In this document: piece after piece, positions 43,142 to 55,729 of the stretch
Layout: every line of letters begins with the position of its first letter
Numbering within the stretch: position 1 is the first letter of the stretch
Origin: Adineta vaga
Lineage: Eukaryota > Animalia > Rotifera
Direction of reading: 5' to 3'
DNA: 64,000 nucleotides
Assembly (NCBI GenBank): GCA_021613535.1
Contig: CP075495.1
Span: forward strand, 13,578,001 to 13,642,000
The notes under the pieces: model-generated
Database searches by the model: none
Seen by the model: only the letters and a program-made list of their open reading frames with translations
Told to the model about the DNA's origin: nothing
Program-made: the position numbers and the translations under genes

Positions 43142-45027
43142 TTTGATTCTTTTAATAAGAAATTAATTCTGATCTTGTGAATGATTATGGAAGTCGATGT
43201 ATTTTGTATATATGTGTAAAAAAAGCAAAAGGAAAAGAAAACGAAGAGAGAAGAAGAGAGAGAAAGAGAAAGAGAAAGAGAGAAAATGGAAAGAAAATGT
43301 TGACTGGTCGAGTGATGATTGTTTTTCTTTGCTTTCCGTCGGTACAATTCCAATCAATTGATCTTATATGAAGAAGGAGAAAAAAGAAATAAACCAATAC
43401 GATGCGTTTTTCTTTCTCTTCTTTCAATAAAGCAATCAATGTTCTCCCTTTTCTTTTCTTTTCTTTTCTTTTCTCGTTTTACTACTCGTCGTCGATGTGT
43501 ATTTTTAATAAAACACCTATGTTTCATCAGAAGCATTCCTACTAAACCAAACTTCCATTGTTATTTTAACTTTCTTCTTGTCATCCAATGTACACATACA
43601 CTTCTTTTACCAATTTTGCTTTCTTTTTTCTCTCTTCTTCTTCTACAGCTTCTCTTTTGTTCAATTAAAAATTGAGTTTCGCGAGAAAATATTTTTACCT
43701 AAAGGAAAAAACGAAACTTATCGTTTAAACAAAAAAAATTATGATATAAGTTTTGTTAAGTGATCCTAAAGCGTTTAGTTGACAAAGAAGAAGAAAAACT
43801 CGATCTTAATAATAATAACGATTGCATGATTTCGATAATAGAGTTGATTAAGACGAGAAAGAAAACATGATGTTTTTATAAAAGATTTTTTTTTCTTCGT
43901 CTTTTTGTTTCTTATGATGTTTGTAATGTTAATAGTCTTGAATACGAATCAAAACATGAATGAATACAAAAAGGATGTAGTGTAATTTGATATGACACAG
44001 ATAAATATATACATATACTTCGCAAAAGAGGATAAGTAGAAGACTGTGATTCATTACAATACTCTCTCTCTCGCTCGCTCGCTGGCTCGTTAAGACAACA
44101 CTTCAAAATTTGTATAACTATTTCTCTTCTGACCTATCTATATTGACATATATAAATAATTGGTAACTGTGTACATTTGTTTGCTATGATCGGAGATTTG
44201 AAAAAGAAAAAATTCAATTTCATTGGAGATGATAAAAGATTTTTTTTTGTAACTATTATTGGGTATATAAATTATTGACATTATATTTTGCGTCGATTGT
44301 AGACAAATAAAGATGCCACACAATAAATAGTTGAAGTAAAAATGTGTCCTTCTTCTTCCTCTGTTAGTCGTATTCTTTTTTTTCTTCGTCGTATTTAAAC
44401 CAAACAATCAACATAGTAAAAGCAACATACAACAGACACTCAAGATGACAACATTTAATATTTGCAACAAGTAAATCAAAAGATGAATACAAATGACAAA
44501 CGCGCTTATTTCTTTTGTCCTTAGTGAATGAATGGATAAGTGAGCAAGCGTTTGTTGAATGTCTATGTCTTCTTTTGCTTTACTACACAAACATGTTGTT
44601 TTCGAACTACTCGATCATGAAATAACATAACTAACATGAATAATCAAGGTAGAAAGATAAACTCTACAAGTGTACTTGTTACTACATCTTCTGGGTAAAA
44701 TTTGATCAAGAATATCATCAATAACGAGTCAGAATTTGTTTATTTAAAAAGAAACGATGTTTTATTTTCACAGTTGAATTATCAAACGATATATTTAGAA
44801 ACGTTTTCAAAACAAATCTTTCAAGTAAAGAAAAAGAAACGAATGTTTGTTTCATCGAACTAGTTAATCAATGAATATTATTCTTTTATATTTTCATAAT
44901 TCAGTTTAGTTTCTGCGATCGAAATAAAAAGACACATGGCCGATTATCACTAAATTATAAAAAAAAAACTTCTCTTTGATTATGAAATGTTTTTATTTGA
45001 TGTTAATATTCAATACATATAACAAAA

Positions 45028-45367
45028 TCAATTTAATTTAGATGATTGTAATATTGGAGTATAAAGAACACGACCAGTTCGATCACTGATAATAACACGT
45101 ACATAACCTGATGTGATTGCTTCGTTCGATTGAGGAGAACTTTCTCGCATAATTTCAATTGGTCGTCCAGGTGCTAAAATAAAAGGTTGTTAAGTAAAAA
45201 TTAAAATAAATCAACAAACCTTCACGATCAATTTGACGCCAAGCAGCTTGAACAGTTTTACCTATTAAACCTTCGAATCGTTGTCGTATATCGCTTTCTG
45301 CATTGATTGTAAACAAAACGAATGTTAAGGTAACGAGAATCGTTAGATAAAATGTTGATAGACGCAT
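45028..45367 (-). CDS. Small secreted protein, potato inhibitor I (I13)/eglin-like fold, 97 aa, exons 45367-45220 and 45173-45028
   Basis: Signal peptide, then FEGLIGKTVQAAWRQIDREAPGRPIEIMRESSPQSNEAITSGYVRVIISDRTGRVLYTPIL. This parallels the WPELVG...A...I...P...RVRLFVD...V...P pattern. Confidence 0.62.
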
Positions 45368-45944
45368 TGTTTTGATGATGATGATGAAAAAACGATCGAA
45401 TGAAAGGTGTTTTTTAAGATAACGATCAAATTTAAATAACTTGGAGGATTTAGTTTAACCTTTACGATTGCGTAGGTTTGGGAGGGAGGAGTTATAATGA
45501 ATCATAATCATTATTGTGATATGAAAATTGTTACTAGTTCTTTCGTTTTCACACTCAAATGTCATTGCGTTACAATAACATTTATATAGTCTTTATGGAA
45601 AATATGACTTTGTCTAGAATGAATGATTCAATGAAATAATCGATGATCTATGATCAAATATTGTCGTCGAATTAAATTAATCTAATACAATATAAGCAAA
45701 ACATAACTTTGAATAAGAGATATCGTGTAGCTATTCTTGGATTTTAATCGAATAGATAATATTGTTTCAAATTTGTGTTGACTTCATGAGATCTGCGTGC
45801 GTGTTAGAGTAAAAATAAGTAAGAATATCACAGATTCATAAAAAAAAATGAAAAGAAAACGCGGATAGTTAGGAATGATTGAATTCAAAAGTTAGTCTCT
45901 CTTTTATTTCGTGAATAATATTTATTATCGATTATTTTTTCTGT

Positions 45945-47160
45945 ATGTCGACAAAAATAATTACCACACTTGGACCAGCTAGTGATAATCCTGAAGTTTT
46001 ACAATATTTTAAAGAACATTCTGTTGAAATCGCTCGTTTAAATGGTTCACATGGTATCATTGAAGAACATTTACGTATAGCTAAACTTGCAGTAAATGCT
46101 GGATTAGATTTAATGCTTGATTTACCTGGACCAAAGATTCGTTTAGGTGAAATTCATGATAAAACATTGACAGTAAAAACTGGTGAAAAAGTTTTCATTG
46201 AAAAAGAAAAAGATGAGACAGAAACGAAAATTATCCCTATAGAAAATGGTATAAAGATTCTTCCATGTCAATTTTCCATAGAGAAATCAACAAAAATAAA
46301 TGATACTGTCTATGTTGATGATGGTAAACTTCAATTTCGAGTGCTTAAAGTTGAAAATAATCGTATACAAGTTGAAGCACTCAATAGTGGACCAGTTAAA
46401 AGTCATAAAGGTGTCAATTTACCTTGTAAATTATTTTAAAAAATCCTCTATATTCAATCTCTTTCGTATATATTTAGATGGTAAAATTGATATTGATTTT
46501 TTGACTGAAAATGATCATCGTCTTCTAGAAAAATTATTACCTATTATCAAACCAAAATATGTTGCAACATCATTTGTAAAAACTGTCAATGATATTCATC
46601 GTTTAAAACAAGCTATTGATGAAACTCTTTCTCTTAAACAAAATTATTATCCAAAAATTATTGCCAAAATTGAAATGGCTGAAGCTATCGAAATACCAAA
46701 TATAACGAATATTATCAATGAATGTGATATGATTATGATTGCACGTGGTGATTTAGCTCTTGAAACAACGCCTGTTCATATTCGTGTACCATTTATTCAA
46801 ACTGATTTAGTTCAACGTTGTCGACAACAATCTAAACCATTTATTATTGCGACACAAATACTTGAATCAATGATCACATGTCCAGTACCAACTCGTGCTG
46901 AAGTTTCTGATCTTTATCGAGCAGTTGTTTTAGATCAAGCTAACTATGTTATGCTCTCTGGTGAAGCAGCTATTGGTCAATATCCAAAAGAATGTGTAAC
47001 ATTTATGCATGATCTTATTTATTATAACGAGAAGAATAGTCATACGATTAATTTTAATCAACCAAATCGAAAACATTCAAAAACAACTAAAGATCGACAG
47101 AAATCAATGAAAAGAAATGTCTCTTCAATGAAAGAGGAGAAAAGAAAAAGAAATGTATAA
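45945..47160 (+). CDS. pyk: Pyruvate kinase, prokaryote-type, 387 aa, one intron (46426-46477), lacks C domain
   Basis: TKIITTLGPAS, ARLNGSHG, DLPGPKIR, VYVDDG, KGVNLP, IAKIE, MIARGDL, ATQILESM...PTRAEVSD, VMLSGEAAIGQYP. Confidence 0.93.
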
Positions 47161-50100
47161 ATTAATAATTACATGAATAATATTCATTAGAGAGAAGAAA
47201 GTTATTTATTCGATATACATTATTCATATACTTCATTTACAAAAAATGAGAAAAAGGAAATGAACGAGTCATCATCAGAACAAAATTGAAGTACTATGAT
47301 GACTATCGCCATTATCAAGGGAAATCTTAGTTCAAAGACAAGAAGAAAAACGACGATCTTATTATCTGGCTCATCAGATTATGATTGAAAGCAATTATCA
47401 AATTGATACACAATTGTCTTGAAAAGAAAATAATTGACTGTATAACGTTTTTCTCCTTCATCAGATCAACTCTATTTTAATTTGGAAGAATAAACTACTA
47501 ATTTTGATTGATTTAAATAACAAATATATATATATCGAATACTCTAAAGAATCGATGTTGATGTTTAGAATTAATCAAAAAAGTGTTCACTTATTTTATA
47601 TGCTTGAGATAATAAAATGATTCAATATGATTGTTAAGATGAGCCTCAATTCCTCGTCAAACCTCCGTCCAAAAGAAAAAAATCGATTTGTGACAAAGAT
47701 TAACGAGGTGTTGAAAACTCATCTGTTTTTCAATAGGTAAGAATTTCTATTGACATGCGCAAAATATACACAGATGATAAAAATACTACGACGACAACAA
47801 CAATAATTTGATACGATTGTACTAAGAATCGCGTGAAAGAGAAAGAATAGATTGTTAATATTAGATGCAAAGAAATGTAATAATAAGAAAAATCTGATAT
47901 AATGATGAGTTTAATTGACAAAAAGAAAGGTAAACATAAAAATAAATACGAATTTATTAATGACGAAGTAAAATATGAAAAAAGATATGTATCTTTATCT
48001 CGTTTTTTTTTGGCCTTGTCGCATAGTTTTTTGTTCTTTTTTCCTTCTGTTTCTTTTCTGATTACTATTTGAAGAAAATAAAACAAAATAGATATATCCA
48101 TCAAACATCGTTGATAGGTTTTGATTATATATTCGATTTAATTGCTTGTCGAAATGATAATTGAATAAAAAGAAGTAAAACATCTGACCTTAGATGACAT
48201 TTCTAGTCAGATGAGTAAGTTTACTATTCATCTGTCGACGAATTGTACATCTAAACATGTACGAAGAAAAACCACACGATGAATGAGCGAATGTGTACAT
48301 ATTCCTATAGCTAAAGAAGCGAACAGCAATCGTCGACGAGTGCGTATGTGTATACACTTGCACATTAAGTATTATCATTCGATTCGACCAACTCTTCTCC
48401 TAACTCTGATGTGTGTATTGAGTGAAGGACAAAAGAGAATTCTTCTCACAGTAATGCTCAACTCTACATAAGAAGAGTTCAACCTTGTCGAAAGCGAGTT
48501 CGCATAGATGTATGTATATATGTATATATATATATATATATGTGCATGTGTGTGTGTATATGTAAGAAGGAAAGAACGAGTTCTAATTGCAGCTCGGGGT
48601 CGCAACTAAACACGAGAAGTGTGTGCGTGTATGTCTACGCCATCAGCTGCGTTCGTTTGCTGATTTATGTCGGTGATCGAATTAGACAGCAGGCACTTCC
48701 TGCTTATAAGCCGATTCTTGATCTTACACGCAGGGAGGTCTGAAGTAATCAACAATCTATGTCGCACACACGCACTCGACAAGAAAAAGCACTTTCGACT
48801 CGGTATGCTTCCATTATTCCTATTACTAATTGTCTTTTTTTTCCATAGCGTTTTCCAATAAAAAAAATGGTATGTATATAAAAAAAAGAAAAACATAAAG
48901 ATCGTTTTTCTTTCATCGTCGTTCTCTTTGTTTTCGAAGTACTGTTTGAAAAGAAAGTAGAAAGATAAACATTCTCTGTTATGAAAAAAAAACGAGGAAA
49001 CTACATGATCCCATTCATCTTACCTTATTGAATATACAGTGCCAGCAGGATGCATTATCATCAATACTTACCAAAGTACTATACTTGCATGTCACTTATC
49101 TAATAATAAAAACGACGATGTCGACAATACAACGTGTGCGAGACATGACGACGAATGATGATGATGATGATGGTAAAGAATAATAAATGTGGCTGCTGCT
49201 ACTGCTACTGAATCTAATCTCATGAGATGAACTCTCATTTGTTTCCGATCATTGTCGTTGTTCATTTTTTGCTTTTACTTCTGCTTCTAAAACAAGAGAG
49301 CATAGTCCTTATTCTGATCCTTAGTTAACTCTTCTTACCGTTCTTAATTCTTTCAATGTCAATATATAGTTCAAAAAGAATTGCATATAAAGAATGATTA
49401 TGTCATTCCATATATCAAAATCTTTGATCAATATTTCACTGTAAGAAGAGAGAATAATTTGAGTCGAAATGATGGTATTTTACGTTCTTATTGCTAGTCG
49501 CTCGTTCTTCTCTTCACTGTCTCTTTTGCTCTCACATCTTTTTTTGTGCCTTTGCGCACATACATACATACACACGCTCTTATGAATTGTATTGCAGCAG
49601 ATGGTATAGTGTAGTAAAGGGAAAAAACGGAGGCAAATGAGAAAGCGCGAACGAATGATGTGGCGTGGACATTCGCATACACATATGTATGTATCATATA
49701 AAAAAAGCATTTGCTTCACTATTCATTCGTCTTTCTTTCTTTCTTTCTTTCTCGTATTTGCTTCTTTTTTTGGCACTTTTCTTCCGTTTTTCTCTCATTC
49801 TCTTGTCCTCTTCGTCGTCGTCCTTATCGTTGTTCGTCGATGTTAGACCCACAATGTTTTTTGCCTATTCCATGTCTTTCACATTGCTGTATGTGTGTGT
49901 GTGTGTGTGTGTCAATGATAGAAGAAGTAGTAGAAAAAAGAAACGATGAGGACGCTCTACGATGATGCGAAATGCTTATGTGTATGTGCGCGTCGATAGA
50001 TTATATTTTCTATCTATGATGACGATGAGAATGCGGAAAACGCGTGCTACGGTTGTCGACTAACTTCGAATCGATCCGTCGTCTTTTCTTAGTTTCCTTT

Positions 50101-50919
50101 TTCTCTCGTAGTTCTTTTCCAATATTAAAGATTTTTCGCTCGATGTCATGAAACACACACACACAGATAAAACTATGATGTAAGCAGAATAAATAGAATC
50201 CACAGTCAGTTTTAATATGATGAACATAAGAAAGAATACCAAGTGAAAAAAAGATAAAAGGTATCTTAAGTAACACTATCTGATCGAATATCGAGTAAAC
50301 TAATTGAACTACAAAGTGGAAAAGAAATCAAACAAGAGAAAAAACATGTTGTCTCAAAAATATCTACACGTCGAGGAAATCCACACAAATGATTATTAGA
50401 AAAAAAAGAAGAAGAAAAGAGGACAGAAACAAAAAAGAAAATCACAATTCTCATTCATCAATACTACTTCTGCTCCTCTCAGTACTTCTTATTAGTTCGA
50501 ACCAACTGCAGGAAACATCCACATCAATGTATTGAATGTAGATAAATATTTTCCTGTACGATTTCTCTCTCTCTCCTTCTCCCTGTCTACACAACTACTA
50601 AACTAATAAAGGACAATCGTTATTCTTCTCCTCCCTCATCATAGGAAAAAATGTTAATTCTTTGGTTGTTTAGCCGGCACGTTCACTGATTAGATTGAAG
50701 AAAAGTTGAACTCCATGCTAATCGGAATGAATACACGACAAATGCAATCGTCTTCTTATTCTTTCTTAGATTATCTATATGCAAATGAATGTTAGACTTC
50801 GATGAAAGTGTTTCCTTGAATAAGTTCATCATTTCATTAAGCAAGTTTGATCACAAGAAGAAGAAAAAAAGAGAATTTCTTTATTATAATAAAAAAATAC
50901 GTGTTATGAGTTCACGACA

Positions 50920-51984
50920 TCAGACAAACGAGGCAGGAAAATAAGCACCACCACGAACCATTCGACGACTACCGCTTCCATACCCGAAACTACCACCGGG
51001 ACCAGACGAATGCTGTTGTTTGTCATGTACAACTTGAAATTTGTCTAAAATAAGAGAAAAATAATTCAGATATTTTCATGAATTCAATTTAAACTTACTT
51101 AAATAATCATTCAATGTACTGATTTCTTGTGTACAACATGCTAATAATGCTAAAAGTGCAACATCCGATTGTTGAATATCGAAATCTTCACGAAACATTT
51201 GATTATTATTATCATCAGTATTAATTATTGGTAAGCGTTGACATAATGAACCTATTTCACGTAAGAGATCATCATTTCTTTCTAATTGACCCTGTTTAAC
51301 AGTTCGAACGTATTCAAGTAAAACAAGCATACGTTGATAAAGTAAACGAATAGCATTATATTGGATAGCGATTTGATCGGATACAATCGATGTATCAGAT
51401 GTTCCATCAGTTACTGAATAGCGAGCAACATGATCAATACCAATACGTTCAGCTTCTTCAGTAATAAGTGTATATGATATTTCAATAAAATCAATTTTTG
51501 TTCCTAAATCGACAATGGTTTCATAAACATGAATTGGTAATTCATTTGATACACCAATTGGATCAAGTCGAAGAAGAAGTGGACTTTCATTGAGTGACGA
51601 TAGTTGACTGTAAAATGAACTCATTATCGATGAATTCCATTCTTTACCCTCAACTGTATACCATCCGGTGAAATCAAGATCTGGATGAACTTGTTTGATT
51701 AATTCAAGTTTTTTTGTTAAAAATTCCGTCTCAATAGTAACATCAGCGTTAGTCGTTGTTGTTGCAGTAGAAGCATCTGTCAATTTAAATTCAAATGTAT
51801 TACATAATTCTACATGACGACCTTTTATTTTTCCTAATAATGCGCCATAAACGGGTGTTATACGCGTTGTCTGAACACGGACACGTGTATAATGTTCAGC
51901 GATATTCATAATAACTAATGGATGAAGAGTCAATGTTACACTGCTCTTTCCCGTAGTCGCTGATGATGTCGTTGTTGATGCCAT
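50920..51984 (-). CDS. COPS6: COP9 signalosome subunit 6 (MPN- domain)
   Basis: LHPLVIMNIAEHYTR, VYGALLG, VELCNTFE, FTGWYT, NESPLLLRLDP, YTLITEEAERIGIDHVAR, CQRLP. Last exon NKFQVVHDKQ...RRMVRG ends at TGA 50922-50920. Confidence 0.93.
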
Positions 51985-52531
51985 CTAAAATAACGACAGA
52001 ACAAATGAAAACTCCAAACTATATTGAAATATGTGTTGCTGAATTGTGTTTTTTTTTAATCGAATATTGTGGAATCTAAAAACGCGTTTACATCCTCGAA
52101 GTAAATGTGTAGAGTATATATATATATAACACAATTGACCGCAGATATTATATATATGTGTATATACGTATGTGATAAAAGAAAGTTACAGCAAGGAAAA
52201 AAAACAAAAAACAAAAAATCGAAGAGAAATATGACACGCAACGAACAAAAAGAAAACAAACTTATGACTAACACAAAGCTTACGTGCACGGTAATCGAAA
52301 GAAAAGAAAAGAAAAGAAAGAAAATTTCACATTATAGAATAAAATGGTGTAATTAGACAGAATCTGTCGAACAGAAACTGTTATTTATTCTTTTTTGTTT
52401 TTCTTGCTGGTTTGATAATGCCATGAGAAAATAAAATATAACATATCTACGCACATACAACAGCAATTAACGGGACAACAGTAAGGAAAAATGAGAGAAT
52501 ATTATTTTCTTTTTTTTTCGATTCATTTGTG

Positions 52532-55500
52532 CTAACTATTAGACGGATTGCTTGTGGTATTATTGAGCGAATTGGAACGACGTGCAGTGATTAAACTAGA
52601 TAAAATTGAGGATGAATGAATAGGTGATGATGATGATGATGATGATGAGAAAGATAGACAAGGATTTGTTTCACCGGATGTAATTAATCGTACAGTTGAA
52701 TTTGTCGAAGGTTGTCCATCGATACATCGTTGAATTCGTATTCGACCAATACGTCTAAACAATGATATACAGAAAATTACAGCAAAAAAACTAAATTAAT
52801 AATTACTTCGTCATTGGTAAATTTGAATTCGTAGGATCTTCATAAGTGAATGCTAATGGTGACTGTACGGATTGTAGTAGAGATTCTGATGCTAATACTT
52901 GATCGGTTGATGGTACTGATACAAGATTAGAGAAATCGATTTTATGTGTAAGTTTTCTTTCCGATGTTTTTGTCATTCGTCTTTTACCTAAAATCATAGA
53001 TAGTAAATTATCAATGAAGTCTATTTGTTACATACGTGTGAATGGATCAGTGCGACGACGCCTTCTGATTGTTTTCTGTGATTTCTGTGGATTGGATGAT
53101 CCATTTTCATTTAATATTCCTGAAGAAGCTTTTTTCCTTGTTTGAATTTTGGGTTGAGATATTAATTTCGATCGTGATGTCACACCTATATTATTCATAT
53201 TTGATTTGTTGAACTTATTCAATTTCAAAAGCAATGCTTTACTTACGTTGAGATGTAGGAAGATGAGTTGTTGGTTCTTTACGTTGACGTTTGACTGAAG
53301 ATGATGTTGATGTATTCTGTCGAATATTATCAATTGAAGGTTGATTACTACGGATAGCAAAATTCAATGACTGTGCTCGACGTCGAAGACCATTGGCTAA
53401 TGGATCTTAAAAAATGAAGAAAGAATTTCATGGATGATAACTATAAATATCAACAAAAATATCTTCTTACCAAAATTTAGACAGAAGAATTTCAAACTTT
53501 TAACAATAGCAGAATGTTCATCGGTATTCTCTAATTTGGTATCTAGATAATGATATGTAATAAATAAATAAATAAGTTTTCTTTTTATATTTATATTTAC
53601 CAATTTCATTCGTAGTTTCTGGTACGACTGAATTGTCTTTTTGTTCATTTAAATTATCAACTGATCTAGCTCGTTTTCGTTTACGTAATTGACATGTGAT
53701 TGGTGGTGTTACTATAGTGAATAAATATTCCTGTGTTAACTAGCTAAGAATCATGAATTTTCTGTCTAACCTGATGGATTTGATAGGATAGAAGTCGGAA
53801 TTGCATTTGTTATGCAACGACTATACACAAGAATATAAGCATCCGATGTTTTAACTGATTCAAATGTTGTTTGTTCAATAATATGATCATCACAACGAAG
53901 CCATTCACCTATGAAAGAATAGAATCGTTTTTTTTCTTGTCATTTTGACGAAAAAGAGAAAGATTATTTACGAAGAACATCATTATAAACAAAAGCAACA
54001 AAATGTCCTGTATTGATACTTTTTCCATAATGCACAATAACACCACGTAAACGATATAAACATTGTTTTCTAGAATTCTGATATTGTTTTGAACGTGTTG
54101 CTGGAAATGAATTCATTGTTGATGGACTACAATACGGTGCCATATCGAGATATTCATCAAAATTGACATGTAAAGTAATTTTATGTGATAATTGACGTGC
54201 TTGACGAGATGTTGGTCTCCGTAATGTCGTTTGTGGTAGGGATCTGAATCGTCGTAAGACAATATGTAGAACTTGAGGAAGTTTCGAAATTAATAAACGT
54301 TTTTGTGCATTTGTACCCTCTTTTGATGGACTTCGAACTGTAAAAAAAAACAGAAATGTTATTTAGAAATAAATATCAGAATAGTTCGTTGGAGAAAGGT
54401 TTTTACCGGTACAATTTGAACATTGAAATGGTGTTGATAATGCTTCCCATTGGTAGAAATGAGCAAGCATTTCTAAAAATCGAAATTTTGTTTAATTTCA
54501 TTGTTCTACTAGAGGAATCTAATAACAAACCTGTGAGATGGCATGAACGTCGACGACTAGATCCTCGTGCATCACAAAGCATCTTCTCTGAGAATGTTAA
54601 TGTGATAAATGTTTCGTCTGTTTTTGTGACTGATAAACGACGACATTGTTCACATAATATCTAATTGAAAACAATAATCGAACGATTAAATTAAATAAAC
54701 ATTCTTTTTCTTCAGTATTTACCTGACTTTCAGAGGAGAAACCTAATAGATCATTGATAATATTTGTATCGGCTAAATTATTTGCTTTTATTTCATCTGT
54801 TACAGCCGCTAGTAATGCTCTAAAAATAATATTATTGTTTTCTATATCAATGAAAATCTTTTGTTCTCTTTTTCAAAAACATACTCAAGAAATTCTTGTG
54901 CATCTTCCATTGCACATGGTTCAAAACTGGGTAATAAACGTCGAACAGCGGCAATCATATTCAATGGTGAATATACCATACATTTACCCGACCAGATGAT
55001 ATTAAAAGTACCATGCAATTCATAGGCAAGATAACTTCAAATACAAAAACAAAAATGTCATTCGAGTACAAGAAAAAAAAGTAGAACATGATTACCATGG
55101 TAGTCGACGTGGTTGAGCTTCAAGTGCTTTTAATAAACCACGACCACCACCTTTCAAACGTGTTGGATTGTGAGACGAAGCAACCTATGAGAATAATTAT
55201 ATTTTATCGATATATATTAAGAACTACAATACATACCATTGGTACATCAGATGGTTGTTCTAAACCAAGACTTTCAAAACTCATCGAACATATCGCATCA
55301 CAAAATTGTGGTACATGACTATAATATGAAAAAGATGTCAATAGAATTCTCCTTCATTAGAATTTCATTTTCAAACCTGAGTAATTGTAATACACAATTA
55401 ACATAACATGTATTACCCAAATTATACAATCCTGTATGACCGGCAGAATAAAGTTTCGATTGAACAGTTTTAAGACTTGAAAAAAAATAAAATAGAAATT

Positions 55501-55729
55501 TATTACAGAAAAGAAATCTATTATACGTTGAAAAAGATGATGAATTTCTAGTTGTTGAAGTTGTAGACGATAATGATTGCTGTTTTTGATCATTATTATT
55601 ATTATCTTTGAGAATTATAACAGTACTAGTATGTGTAGGTGAATTTAATGTCGAATTTGGTGATGAACATCGTATTGTTGATGTCGCGGCTTTAATAGGA
55701 CTTCGAAGAACAATAGTTGGTTCAGCCAT
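52532..55729 (-). CDS. Ubiquitin-specific protease, USP44/USP49-like
   Basis: Cys box GHTGLYNLGNTCYVNCVLQLLSH; ELHGTFNIIWSGK...SPLNM...DAQEFL; AQKRLLISKLPQVLHIVLRRF; His box VIVHYGKSINTGHFVAF...WLRCDD...AYILVY. Confidence 0.85.

Noticed and set aside
41251-49210. Shared AGTAGCAGCAGCCA motif on either side of FoxL1 (near 41260 and 49195)
   Set aside because: Mostly trinucleotide low complexity; a chance match is plausible.
47730-50454. Numerous 60-125 aa ORFs
   Set aside because: Compositionally non-coding (poly-F/K, CV/TH repeats); no consistent splice chain.
50681-50732. Imperfect hairpin (CTGATTAG...CTAATCGG) as a pre-miRNA
   Set aside because: Stem too short and bulged; no match to conserved miRNAs I recall.
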